Positions 12,747 to 27,622 of a stretch of 64,000 bases of DNA are shown piece by piece. Position 1 is the stretch's first letter; the number at the start of each line of letters is the position of its first letter. Origin of the DNA: Octopus vulgaris (lineage: Eukaryota); contig OX597815.1 of the NCBI GenBank assembly GCA_951406725.2, positions 97,712,001 to 97,776,000 on the forward strand, written 5' to 3'. The notes under the pieces are model-generated. The model made no database searches and was not told the origin of the DNA. It saw only the letters and a program-made list of their open reading frames with translations. The translations under genes were made by a program, and so were the position numbers.

Positions 12747-13760
12747 ATATACATGTACATATGTCATCTATATGTGTATACTTCTGTGACTGTTGCATAT
12801 GTTTGCGAATTGTCGGAGTATGTGAATGTATGTATTGTCAATTTATATATTATAATGTGCGACCATATAAACATATATATATACAAATATATCCACTTAT
12901 ATATATATATATACATACATGCAGATATACATACACCTTCACATACATACAAACATAAATGCGCATACGTATACATACATAAATACGAAGGTATGTATTA
13001 TAAATGTATGTATACATACGGAGATAAATTCACATACATACGCACAAAAACAAACGCGCACGCACACACCCGCACACACACACATACGCACCCACGCATA
13101 TGCACACATGCACACGGTATATACATTGGCGGAAGTGTATGTGTATTGATACTATGTTAGCGTGAGGAGGAAAAGACACATTTGTTATTCTGTAAATCAA
13201 TAAACCTGGCGACTTCCTCATATATATAATGCCAATATTATATGGCGAGGACGAAAAACCGCAATACTGAAAATATCTAGTCGAGATTCTTAACAATATT
13301 AAATTTACATAGTATTATTGCGACTACATAAAGACGTGTCCCGTTGCACTTAGTATTTCATTCTCCTGTGAAAGATAAAATAAGTACCAGTAATTATCCT
13401 GGTATAGAGTAATTCATCTAAATGTGTTTCTTCACTATTTATGAAGACTTCTTTGTGTCTAAGCAGATACAAAATCAATAAAATGAATCGTGATCCATCA
13501 AACCGACGTATGAATACCTAAGACGTCTGGGGCAGTGACCTCTGAAAGCGTCAAGTGAGGTAGCTTTTTGCTTCATTTTTTTTTACATTTATCACCTGGT
13601 TTCCTAAATTTCTTGAGCTCTTTGTTCATCAGTCAATTTCTCACGATTATCGAACCATTATTATTATTCCAATCATATATATGTCTGTATGTATGTATAT
13701 GTATTTATGTATACACTTATATCGCGTGTATGTGTATATATATGTTTGCATATGAGTATG

Positions 13761-13794
<34 letters not shown>

Positions 13795-13800
<6 letters not shown>

Positions 13801-14713
13801 CATTCCATAAATAATGCGGTTTTTCAGTTGCATGAATTAAAAGTCGGAGGGGGATGGAATAAACAACCTGCATCAACTTGCTAGAAAAACAGGTAGTAAT
13901 TTTACATTGTCCTTATTCTTAGTGCAAGTTTTGAAGTGTGCAGTTCGATTATAACTGTGACCAAGGAGCATATTCGGCATACTTTGGTTTATGAGTTCAA
14001 TAAAGGCAACAACGCAAAGCAAAGTGCTAGGAATACTAATGCAATACATGGAGGTCGGACAATAAGCGTAAGCCAGTGTCAACGGCGGTTCCAGAAATTC
14101 CGAGATGGAAACTATAGCCTACAAGCCTCGTCCTGGAAGATCTGCAGAACTCGACGAGGACGTCCTGCAAACCCTGGTGGAACAAAATCCCATTGTGACT
14201 GTTGAGGAACTAGGACAGAAGCTTGGATATGGGCATTCAACCATGCATCTACACCTACCTGTCATCGAAAGAATCAGCAAATATCAGCGCTAGAATAAAA
14301 ACGACCATTTTTGGTTTCAAGACGAAAGGTGTTCTTCCAGGTGGAAAAAGGTCGGCCACATACAACAAGGATGACATTCCAAAGGCTGGAGCAGTTTGAA
14401 TGGAAAACGATACCCCACTCACCATATTCGCCGGCCATTGCCCTATCTGATTATCATTTATTCAGTAGTCTCCAAAGTCATTTGGACAGAAAAAATATGA
14501 ATTCTGTAGATGAAGTCAGAACAGTAATTGAAGAGTGTTTTTCTTCACGGACAAGTGAATTTTGGAAGAGGAGCCTTGCAAGTTTTCCAGATAAATAGAG
14601 AAACATTGTAGTAAACGAAGGAGAGTTATTTTAGATTAAGACAGAACTTTGTTTATCATAATCTTGAAAAATAAAAGAAGTATGAAATACCACATTTTTG
14701 GGGGATGACCCTA
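13795..14713 (+). mobile_element. Internally deleted mariner (DD34D) element with both TIRs, in a (TA)n tract
   Basis: TIRs TAGGGTCATTCCATAAATAATGCGGT and its near reverse complement ending ATGACCCTA, with TA on each side. Transposase pieces KEHIRHTLVYEFNKG...RFQKFRDGNYSL, PRPGRSAELDEDVL... and ...GRPHT...PHSPYSPAIALSDYHLF (34-residue spacing; second D mutated to E). The WVPHEL and first-D region is missing. Confidence 0.93.
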
Positions 14714-15151
14714 TATGTGTGTGTGTGTGCCTGTATGTATAGGTTATGAGAGGTTCTGGTGTCAGTAAGGCCCAAATGTGTCAGGTAATGCTGAGTAAGT
14801 GCTATGGATAGACCATAGTTAAGCTCCAGGTTCGGTGATTATGTGAATAAGGCGTCCAATGTAGGTCATATATCAGCGTTGTATATATAAACATCTTTTT
14901 TTACACACCCGACTTCGTCTTTTGTTTTTGTTTTTTGTCTTTGTAAATTCTCACTATATTATATATATTATATATATATCTCGCTATATTATATAAGATA
15001 TATAAGTGGTTAAGAAGTTCTATTATCCAGAAGATCCAAAAGGCAGGTAAGGTTATGTAAGTACTACGGAAGAACCGCTTTTAAACTCTCGGTTCGAGAA
15101 AAGTATGAGCGATGAGTCTAAAGCGAGTAATGTGCGAGTGTTTATATGTTA

Positions 15152-15447
15152 AATAAAATAAGATAGCAATGTGATATTTCTAAGAAATTTATAAGTAGAA
15201 ACTTGGTCTTACAGCTGTTTCAGGGAAATAAACAATATCCCATCATCGGAGACGAGTTCAGAGAGTTTCAATAGAAAGAATTAGTAGAGTTCATTATAAT
15301 CTACCAATTCCTTCTAGTGAAGCTCTCTTAACTCATCTCTGATGGTAGGATATCACTTATTTTCATCGAACTGCTATAATACCACCTTTGTCTTTATGAA
15401 TATCCTAGAAATATCACATTGGCTTGGACTTGTTATCTTATTTTATT
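15152..15447. repeat. Imperfect ~300-bp inverted repeat of Penelope pseudo-LTR-like arms, each with a decayed hammerhead motif
   Basis: Arms 15152-15288 and 15300-15447 are reverse complements (e.g. AATGTGATATTTCTA / TAGAAATATCACATT). The - strand at 15206-15253 reads gtct-CCGATGA-tgggata..tttccct-GAAAC-agct-GTA-agac. Confidence 0.8.
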
Positions 15448-18400
15448 AAAAATGTGTGTGTGTATGTGAGAGTTGGATTCCCACGGGCAGAATCCGCTTT
15501 GCGGGGAGGGGATTTTTCTTCTCCTTCAAACAGTGGGTTTTCAACCCAACATTTTTATGCTACTCTGTATTGTTTTAGGTATTTACTTCGAGACACCACA
15601 GAAAGTATTTCATTCTCTCCTCACGAATGTTTGACGTCAACTAATCACTATACATATGAGATAAGTGATTCGAATTGACATAAATATCGTTGCATCTGTG
15701 TTTAAAACATTTAATTCTCAGCAGCTAATTCTACCGATTTCTATGCAGGCAATACATTTGTTATTTGTTTGCTATCAGCAATCGTTGTAATTCAGAGCTA
15801 TTTTATAAGATATATAACACCATGATAAATGGATTCAAATAGTACGAACTATCAAAGTTTATATAATGTAAAACTATTAGATAGAAAATATTTGCTTTAC
15901 ACATAAGCATATTGACGAACGTGCGATTTTTATGTAGACACTCGGTGTGCTTGAAATAGGAGACTCATTTCCCTCAATCTACACTCAGGCATCTTCAATA
16001 AGGAAATCTAATAATTTATGTATATCAAAACAAATTATAGAATAAGTGAATCTTTCCCAGTTAGAACTGTTTGATTAGAGTTAACTATGTGTTAAATAGC
16101 ACTAACAATGACAATTCGCAAATCTATTGCTTAGCTAAAACTAGCTAAATCTAGCCTAGAAATGAAACTTTAGAAAATTTCAGTTATTTGCCTAACGTCA
16201 CATGTAAAATCCAAACCTGTTACAATGTCCCCATGAGATTCTCACAAAATCATTTAAGTTGATGTATTTTTATACTATTAAATTAGCTGTGATTATTTTT
16301 GGCTTTCTATTGGGCTCTATAAATTAGCAGTTATCCAGTCACGTTCAGGTTTGCTTTTCCTTTTGTCTGTGTGGGCTGGTCACAAGTATTGTATCTATAT
16401 AATAAATTATCGCCATCTTCAAATTATACAACCTTGGGTTTAATCTATTTTCCATATCCCAACTGCAAAAAAGAAACTAGTAGCCAATTCATCATATTTG
16501 ACTCTAGGCAGTTGTATTCCATTTACTGTATGTAAATGATCTACATTTAAATCGTTGATTTAGATAATGCAAGATAAAAATGCAGAATCCAAGAAAAGTG
16601 GAGATGATGGACGATGGTGGAAATTAGTCAATAGGAGAGTTCTTAGAAGATATTTCCTTTCGTTACTTTTCTATAATTTGTTTCTTCAGCTAATTAGAAA
16701 TAAAAGATTGCCACGAAATTTGAAAACTTAACTAACTAGAAAACAGCGATATGCTAAATATAGCAACCAAATACCTTTCAGATCACAGTCTATAGCTCGG
16801 ACATATTTGCTAATGTAGTTACACATTCCGTTTTTAAATGACGGTAATCGCGATTAGAAATTTTTTAATACTAATTCTGATCTATTAGAATTTACAACAA
16901 AGATTATCAAGTATTGCGCTAATGTTTGCATATATTGTATGGCTAGTTGATAATTTGTTTCGGCTTAAGCATGTGATTAAAAATATTAGCCTCAAATAGA
17001 AAAATACCTTGTGACTTTAATGAATGTAAAATGTGCGGATACTCGACATCTAAGTATGTGTGCGACCCGTCTAACTAAGTGCTTAGTGGCGTACCGAGCG
17101 TGGCTGCAGCCAATAATTAGAATACTATCTCCACTAAATTTATTAAAAAGCTATAAATTGTAAACATTTTATATTTTCATGTATAGAATATACACATTAG
17201 TTTTAACAAGGAGCCATTGACGGAGCCTCTATGCAGTCGGTCGACTTGTTATAAATTGGCTTTACATCTGCATTATTTTTTCAGCTGTGGTTGGTGTGAT
17301 GCTCTTCTCACAGAGCATCAACCGTGCTAATCATACCAGTGTCGTAAGTTCTGCAAAGTTCACGGCTAAACTCCCTTCTACTGTAGGGAAATCAAAAGAA
17401 TGCCTAAGTCTATTACCAATTGTATCAAACGTCTTAAATGATGGCGGCCACATAATGTTGTCCTTTATACAGAAAAAGAGGAAATAGTCACAGGTAGAAT
17501 TTCTGCGTCATAGATCAGTTTAATCAAACCTTAACTGGAAACTAATCAGCTACAACTTCAAATCTAAATGATTAGTATTGTAATATAGAATAATAATAGT
17601 TACTTGCTTAAGTCACATAACATGATACAGTGGTTAGTTTCTTGTTGCTGTGCTCTGAGTTTCAGACTAGCTTTAATCGATTTTCTATATGCTCCTCTCT
17701 CCTGCCCTCTTTTTCCAACTCTCTCTCTCTGTTTTCTCTTTCTTTCTTCAACTCTCTCTCTCTCTCTCTCTCCCTCTCTACTTCATTATATATACAACTT
17801 ATAAACTAGACTCCTGTCAATTAAATATCATCTTCTCTTCAAAATGGATGAGAACAAAAGAAAAAATGTTATGAATTCGATGAAATCTGAAGACAAGTAT
17901 TGATTGAAATATTGCATATTTTATATTCTGCATTGATAAAATCAAATTATTCAGAGATATAATAGTTTCCATCAGCTTATTTAAGAAAATAAGTGGTTTG
18001 GAAAGAGATGCAACTAAGCAATCGATAGAGTGGCAACATGCCGACCAAGGAGAATATATTTATTTCTCTAGCATTCAATCCATTGCTTTGTTACTGCCGT
18101 GTTATTGTTTAACCACTGGTCAAAAACTGATTCGAAAGACCTATCCAAAAAAGCGTTCTAGCCATGAACATCCAATACTTTTTATTTTAGGGATTTATCA
18201 TTCAATGTGTTGTCCATATCTTTAAGCTCTAGGGTGTAATTTTGTGGAAATTTGACTGGAATTTCAAGCAGGTCGGATGTGCACATAAAGGTTCCATTGT
18301 CGTGCACTGTTGTTGTTTTAATAGCGTTATACTTAGCTTCAGAGTGGACCTAATCCAACACACATCTAAACAAAAGTGTTCCAGTCTATAACCATCCTGT

Positions 18401-18735
18401 GATTTGTAGGTGCCACTACATCCCATGTTTCTTCCCGGTAGGTTGATGACTGTGTTTCGTAAGCACTACTATAAGACATGGTTCTTACCGACAGGATGGG
18501 ATTTGCGAAAAAATATAATTTGTATATATGACAGGATGATTGACTCGATCGAGATTCTTAAAAGTGTCTTACAGTTTTTTCCTTTTAATATATATGATAG
18601 AGAAGAGTTCATGTAGTAAGTAAGGGTACTATTTTTTAATATTTTTTATGACTTATCTCTTTTTGATTGTACTTGTTTGAAAACATTGTTTTACAAAGAA
18701 GTATTTCTTTAATTTTTTTTCCTATATTTTCACAG

Positions 18736-18909
18736 CGTTCCATTTGTGCAGAGATGATGAGAGAATTCCGGTTCGCGATGAAATGTTTTGGATCATCGAA
18801 AAAAACAGTCAAAAAAGGTCCCCGAAAGAAGAGCATAACTGATAATGGCATACATTTTATGCCTCTAGCCGGGTTTAGTGCTGCTAGCGGGAAAGAAGCT
18901 TACGGCTAA
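18736..18909 (+). CDS. GRIK2: Kainate-type ionotropic glutamate receptor, terminal coding exon (cytoplasmic C-tail)
   Basis: Strong acceptor tttttttcctatattttcacag ends at 18735, in phase 0 with the 12568 donor. Encodes RSICAEMMREFRFAMKCFGSSKK...SGKEAYG*, matching GluK2 RSFCSAMVEELRMSLKC...PGKETMA. Confidence 0.92.
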   Translation, partial: RSICAEMMREFRFAMKCFGSSKKTVKKGPRKKSITDNGIHFMPLAGFSAASGKEAYG

Positions 18910-19792
18910 ATTGTAAGCAGGGGAGGTTGGTGATGGGTAGCAGTTTGACAAATATGTAGTATGTCGTTGACATCAGCGAGGGAAAATAACATCAACCCTT
19001 GATGACACAACGATTTTTTCAATCTATATATCTATCATCTCCTCCCCCACACGCAAACTCAGTGAGTAGCATGTCTAGGATGGTTTCAACACTCAGACAA
19101 AAATGTTTCAACAGCCACCCTCTAACGATGAGGTCATTGTTATTTCTGGGTGGATTGAAACTGGCGTTTACCAAAGTCTAACTTCTAGTTGTCAACAAGA
19201 GCAATGAAAACAATAATGATAATGAGGTTAATTACGCAATAATGCATACGTTATAGTATTACTAGTGATAATAACAATAATGATGGTTAGAATATTAATA
19301 ATAATTTCAAACAACAACAACTATAGTAGCACACAAAATTGTAAGGATATCCATGCTAAATGGAAATTATAATAATAATAATAATAATATAAACAGGGAG
19401 CATCAACGTCTAATAATACTAGTAATAATGATATTTTGTAAGCATTGTCATTGATCTCTACATTTTTTTTTACCGCTTAAGTATAACTGAGAAATGCTAA
19501 AATATAGATGATTGCATGCTATGATTACTTCATCTTGTTTGGATGTAAGTGAAATCGTGTATCAGAAAATTCCCATTCCTTTGTTTCACCATTGTCACTC
19601 ACCATCTCACATTGTCATTCTCATAAGCATATGCATCATTAGCAGCAGAATTTATCACTACGGAGACAAACATTGCCATTGTTCGATTCTATGTTTAACA
19701 TGACGACACTGTTTCGTTTGGCAGGATCGATAAAAGACATCAGACATCAGAAGGGGAAAAAATATTGCAATTATTATTATTATTATTATTAC

Positions 19793-19862
<70 letters not shown>

Positions 19863-22758
19863 CTAAGATAATTATATCACATTTCAATGAATTCACCAAA
19901 ATGTACTATTTTCAGAGAATAAATGCGTGTGAATGTATGTATATACGTATAGAAGTGTGTATGTGTGTGTGTTTATTCGTGCCGTTTTTGTATTTGTATT
20001 TGTCGGAATTCTTCAAGAATATTCTATTATTTAAGATTCCTGCACATCAATAAATCTGTTCTTTCACAGATTTTATGTATGCTTGAATGCATGTGTGCAT
20101 TGTAGTGTATTTATGAATGAATCAACGCATGTATGTTTTTATGTAGGCATGAATAAGTGATTTACATATAGGTATGTATATATGTATGTACGTATATGAA
20201 AATATATATTCATGTGTGTGTTGATGGGTGGGTGTCAAAGACGTAATGAGATTTTTTCTACTTCCTTTCTACTTTTAAACGATTGTAAGTCTTCATATAT
20301 TCTTACTATGGATGAAGACTGAATCAATGATATAGCCAAATATCGACATCAGTATAGACACAAACAATACCATATAGACATATCATGTACAAATATGCAT
20401 TAAAACGCATGAAATATATGCATACATGCATCAGTAAAAATCCATTTCTAACTGGGTAGTTTAACAACGATGATGGTGAGTGCATGCGTATGTTTTGACA
20501 TGGTTGTCTCTCTGTGCGTGTTTTTGTATTTTTCTTTTATAAATGTGTTTATGTATGTGCTTGTGAGGGACAGAAAATAAGTGTGTGTCTATACAGAAAG
20601 TGAATAATAACGAAGTGTACTCAATTTATATCCAATTAAAATGGCCGGAATTTGAAAGAAGCAATTTTGATTTTTCTCCCTTATATCAGTTGTTGAGTCT
20701 AACCTGCTTTAAATCTCCATATAAACATATGTATGTGTCTGTGTATGTTAGTGTAGGTGTTAGTCTACGTATTTATCTAATTATTAATGTATGCATGTCT
20801 ATATCTACTGCATGTCAGTACAAATTCAACTGTGTTTACATGAATGCACGTATATACCTAGGTAAATATGTATCCTGTATATAAACTCTATTCATAATTT
20901 CCTCACTATTTTTTTCTCTCTCAGTGGGTACCTTGGCATTTAAAAGATATATCTTCGTTTTTATTCCTTATCATCATTGTCACAATCATCATCGACTGCA
21001 CTATTATTATCGTCATTACCAACATCATCAGCATTACTACTATCATCTGTATTACTTGCTTTTCTATTATATTCGCTTTAGTCGTATGGCAGACGTATAG
21101 TTTATCTAACAATGTGGTAGGGAAATATGAATAGTTGTATTCGTTATACACTACTAATGCAGGGAGCTATCGTTTGCAGTGGTTCAGATTCCTATATTCT
21201 ATTAATAAGTATATCATACTCTTTTAATAAAAGAAGCTGTACTATGTTAAAATTAATTAATATACTTAGATAATGCATTTAGTAAATAATAGCTTAAAAA
21301 TCATGTTTTAATTAAACTTCATGGAATTATTTCTAAACAAGAAAAGGAAATTTTTTAAGAAGAATATTGCTAAATATAATTTTTAATCAGCATAATTCTT
21401 CATTGAATTCTAACAATGAAATATTCCTTTATTTATGTTGCTAATCTAATTATTCTGCCAAACTTAACATAAAAATCAACACATAGTAAATAATATATGA
21501 AATACTTGCCAGGTATATAAGTCTTTGTTGATACGTATTTTATAAGGGATTAGCTATTACAAAGAGGCAAGCACACGTGCGCCCGCAAGCACTTGCATTC
21601 ACATATAGTAATGTCACAACTATAAATTTAATTCATATTATTTGTTAACCGCAGACAAGGTAAAAGTAACTTACCACCACAAGAGTAATAATAATAATAA
21701 CAACAACAACAATAATAATAATAATAATTAGAATTAGTAATAATATTTCTTTTTATTATCCACAGAGTCATACTTGACGGGGGATCGATTTTTTTCTGTT
21801 TCCAGTGATCTGTATTTCAACATTTTTTGATATAGCTTTATTATCTACCTTCAGCTTTTGAGTTAGAGGTTTATTATTCAATATAATATATATCAATACT
21901 CCTTATATAGAAGGTGCAACACTTTTTAAAATTCAAAATACATAATTCATTAACGACAAACGCAGATCCAAAGTATGGACTCTAGTTTCACAGCGCACAT
22001 TGTTGTTTTTTCTTTTTTCGTTTCTTTCTGTTTTGCATCTCATCAAAAATTATGTATAGATATATACACATAGATTTATATATGCATACACGGAACTGAC
22101 ATCTTATCCATTTAAGAACAGAAAAATTTTCTATTCATTATATGTACATATAATCACATACACACATACACACATACACATATATAAATATTTCTTGATA
22201 AGACAGTCTCTGAAGAAATGTCCAAGATGATCCACATCATTTCTGCCTACTAGTATCTGATAAAATTGTACTGTATTCTTTTATATTGTGGGACATTTAT
22301 GTAGAATTATATCTGTGACAAAGTCGCAACGCTGTTACCAATATTTTTCTCGAATATTATTTATTAATAAAATAGTTTCTCAGTTCTCTTGAATACATAG
22401 AAATATATATATATCCTCAGTGATAATCAAACCTATTGATACGTTGGATGTAAGCTAGTTACATAGGCGACAAGAGACATAGGTAACTAGTAAGCTAGAC
22501 AGATAGGTTCGTTAATATTTGTTAAAGGCGCTTCTGTGTTTAATTGTGCAATTTATTTAATAGTATTTCTCCTTGATCAGATCAATGGCCTGATGGGAGT
22601 AAATTTCAATTGTTTCTAAGGATACAGCAGTGAAACATACAAGGAGCTCAGAAAAAGTTTCTAGATTAACAGGAACGATAAGTGAATGAGTGTCCGTATC
22701 TATGCGTTCATATTTAAGGTTATCTACAATCTTATGTAAAATGAATATATGCATGTAT

Positions 22759-22860
<102 letters not shown>

Positions 22861-23140
22861 GTAGCGGATAACAACTTGGTTGTGCAGCTATGGAATAGTG
22901 TCAACAAAAATTATTGAGAGAGTTTGAATTCTCAAAGAGCAACTTCATCAGGACGCAGACAAAATGCATAGAAAGACAGTCGAAATCGGGCGGTGGATAT
23001 CGGAAAGACAATAACGGACAAACAAATGAGTATCTACATTCCATCTCAAACAACTCACGCGTGTGCGCACCAATCGACATAGTTGCCTTAAGGAGCTTAA
23101 TTGTAATTCACAAGTGTGTTAACCCACCATCCACTCTACA

Positions 23141-23200
<60 letters not shown>

Positions 23201-24110
23201 GATATATATGTACGTATGTGTGTATGTACATATTCACAAATGTGTTATGTGTCTGTGTCATGTGTACCCGTGTTTATATATGCATCTATCAATGTATGTA
23301 TTAAGATGAATACTTATAAAACAGATATTGAGAACAGGTCACATATAAAAGAGATAAGTACTATGTTACATAGGCTCTATTTGACTTCCCATTATTTATT
23401 GGTACTCAGTTATTGAAGACGCCTAGTTTACTCTATGTCTGTGTGCGTGCATGCATGTGTTTGCGTGGGGTGTGTGTTCCACTTTTTCTTTAGGCTGGCT
23501 ATAAAGTTTATACTGTAGCTGAACAATCAGTTGATTTTATTATTTTCCATCACAATTTATGGTTCGTGTTCTTTTCAGACATACATCTAAAGTGAAATCA
23601 ATATATTCGTCGTTGAAAAAAAAAAAATTACAAAAAACAGATTATTGAACATCGATCTAGATAAGCCATATTTGATAATTTATTGATGTTATATTTCATA
23701 ATTTACGAGATATATTTTGGGATTTGCGTCTGAAATTTCAAGGAGAATTACATTAACATTGTTAGTTGTTGCATTCAACAATATCTTTTATAAGTACAAT
23801 TTTCTTCTTCAGACAAGACAAGCTGTCTTGCTAATTATATATACTTTTCCTTATTTATGTTTCATTCTGAGGATATGTTTATTAATATTTTCATAGTTCT
23901 TTCAATATTGTATACACAATCACATACCAACTTATATACAATATTTCACCATAATCTCATAATGCACTTATAAATCATCACCATCATCACCGTCATTAAT
24001 ATTGAGTGAGAGAGCTACGTATGCCATCAGACACCATAGTATTATTATCATTATTACCGTTATTAATATTTATTAATAGAATTGATATTATTATTATTAT
24101 TATTATTATC

Positions 24111-24151
<41 letters not shown>

Positions 24152-24156
24152 CATTA

Positions 24157-24211
<55 letters not shown>

Positions 24212-24475
24212 TACTACTACAACTATTACTATTATTACGGTACTCTTTTTGAACTTTTTTCGAGATAATTCAGATATATATCTTTGCCAAGAATATAACA
24301 AGAATCTTCTCTTTGAATTGACAACGAATAAAGCTAACTCCATCTGAGAGATGTTATTTTTAAGAAACTAATCGGAAATGATAAAATAGCACATCCTGTA
24401 CAATAAAATCATGAAACGGCCGAAATGTACAGACGTACTCACGCAAGTACGCTCACACACGCACACACACATGTG

Positions 24476-24476
24476 A

Positions 24477-24539
<63 letters not shown>

Positions 24540-24646
24540 GTATATTATATATATATATTATATATATAAGTATATTATATCTATATGTATATATATATAT
24601 CTACATATATATCTATATATGTATGCATATAAATACATATATATGC

Positions 24647-24711
<65 letters not shown>

Positions 24712-24842
24712 CATATATGTGAACATACATATACATATAATATATATATATGCATATACGTATATGTATACATGTATCTATATATGTATATGAACATATA
24801 TGTATATATATATATATATTTATATATGTATATATATATATA
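24476..24842. repeat. Long degenerate (TA)n/(TATG)n alternating tract
   Basis: Directly visible. Similar tracts at ~25675-25925, 35820-36235, 38420-39070 and 40957-41612. Confidence 0.95.
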
Positions 24843-25701
24843 GTCATATGAATGTTGACCAGCAGCTCAGGAATTTTACTAATTAGTACCAAGTTTTGCA
24901 GAATTAAGATGAGACAATGGCAGTACTCATAGATGAGTAGACTGTAAAGAAAAACTCTTATTAAGATAGTGATTAACTATATTCTAATAAGTATAAAACG
25001 TAATCATATTTTTTGTTATTGTTGTTGTTGTCTTTGTCGATAATTTCAGATATGTTACAGAGTTTTCACCCGAATGATCATTATTATTTGATTCATGTAT
25101 CTTAAACAACCTTCATTCCACATGCAACACTGTCACTTAGGATCAATTTATGTTTCGTTTCAAACAACTTATAAACCTCTAGCTCATACTCTCCAATATC
25201 TGACATCATTTATCGTAATATATTGTTACGAAGCATCATATTGGTATCACAAATTTCGTCCGGATTTAAAAATAAACAAATAGGAACTCAAGTTAGTAAG
25301 AGGTTACAAATTACCAACGCGCAATAAGTGAAATAATTGAATTGGTTCCGTAAAGTTTTCTGTAATGTGATAAGTTTTGAGGTAATGATTTAATTCAATG
25401 GAGACAGACATGCAATATTATCACGCATTCTTAGAAAACTCAAGAAGATCTGTAAATCGGTTCACAAGAGTGACCCGATTTCTGACAGTTGATTCTTGGA
25501 TGAGGGTTGTAAGATATTATGGATAAAATTGTGAAACAGTTGTAACATATTTAATTTTAAAATAAATGAAGAATATATATACATACACACGAAGTTATGA
25601 CTTTGGTAAGCGCTGTATTTCGTAAGTGTTGGATACCGCATCTAGAAAAGTTCAGAAACATTCTCACGTAAACATGCATACACATACATACACAGATTAT
25701 A

Positions 25702-25772
<71 letters not shown>

Positions 25773-25878
25773 GTACATATATATACATATATATATTTCT
25801 ATACACATATATGTATATATATGTATATATATACATATATATTTATATAGATTACATATACATACATATATGAAAATA

Positions 25879-25927
<49 letters not shown>

Positions 25928-26635
25928 TGCGTTTGTGTGTTTGCGAGTGTCTATGTAAGTAGGAATAATCCAAGATCTGCCGGGATGACATAAAGGGCCA
26001 CATCATGGTAATCAGTAAGAATATGTACCACTATGGGAGATAGGAAGAGTGTGTTATAGAAATAGATGGAATGAATGAGTGAAAGAACGTGTGTCTGTGT
26101 GAATGAGAGTGTGGGAGATTGTATACATAGTGAGAAAGAAAAAGACAGACAGATAAATGGGAAAAGAGTAACGGAGAGAAGCAGAGAGCGGACGAGAAAG
26201 AAAAGGTAATATAAATAAAGAAATATTAGTGTGGGTGAGCGTTGTAGAAAAAATTGAGAAAGGAAGACGGGTTTTAAAATATTATTTATAAAAAAAATCG
26301 AAAACAAAAAAAAAGACGATCAAGAATGAAGAACATTTCTAGTTAAAACAGACGATGAATTTCAACCCAAAAGCGTGAAGGCATATTTGCATCAAAGACT
26401 TGTAATGGGTTCAAATATTTATATACCAATTAAAAGAAACTGAATTTTCACAAAATGCAAACACTATTTATAAACTGATTGAAATTCATAAGTAAAATTT
26501 AGTATTTAAAAATATCTATATTGAAAATATACAACACACATATTGAGAAAATTGTTTTGTTTTCAGGGTAACAAAAAATGAATATATAAAAAAAATACTG
26601 TTTGATGTAGAAACAGACTACAAAATTCATCAGTG

Positions 26636-26689
<54 letters not shown>

Positions 26690-27284
26690 TATATGTATAA
26701 ATGTATTTATATATATTTGTTGATGTGAAAGCTAAACTAACTTTTGATATTTTGATAACCAACATAATTTCGTTGGTTTATTTTTTTGTGAATGATTTTT
26801 TAGCTGAAACAAGAAAAAAAGGAAAAAGAAACCAAAACACTCTTCGAGAAAATGTAGCATGGCTGAAAAAGAAACAAAACAACTATAAAAACAATATATG
26901 AAAGAATTTAAAAAGAAATGAAGTAAAAGATTAAGATTTATGATTCATTCAGAATAGCAACAACAACACAAATTTTAAAGGAATAAATTTGAAGAAAATA
27001 CAATCCAACATTTCTGTCAGCAACTTGTTCATTGTCGCTGAAAGTGACTGGCTGAATTGTGTAAATTTATACATACATACACAGTTACACACAAACACGC
27101 ACGCACACATACACACACATATATATATATAAATACATATACACTGATTTATTTCCTTGAAAAGCGGAGTCGTTAAAGAAAAGAGACAATTACATCTAAT
27201 TAAAGACTGATGTCAACAAAATTGTGAAATACTTCCTTCACAGGTACATGCAAAAATATATTCATGCATAGATGCATATATGCA

Positions 27285-27344
<60 letters not shown>

Positions 27345-27567
27345 TATATATGTGTGTGTGTATATGTAAAGTGATCAAAAATATATTTCATGAATGACAG
27401 TGGAGAAGAATCAAAATGTAGAGGAAAATCAAAGATGAAAAGATGCAATTCCTTTCTGGCATCACAAAGAAGCAGGAGAATATGGCGTCGGAAGAGAAGG
27501 AGCAAAACGATTTGTTTAACGCATTTGCGGACTTTTTCTACGTCCACCCTCCATTTAATTCAAATAG

Positions 27568-27622
<55 letters not shown>

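Noticed and set aside
25980-26003. Peptide MWPFMSSRQ, strikingly like the kainate-receptor S2 segment MWAFMSSRQ
   Set aside because: It is on the opposite strand and downstream of the stop, similarity does not extend either way, and the ORF runs into a microsatellite; treated as coincidence.
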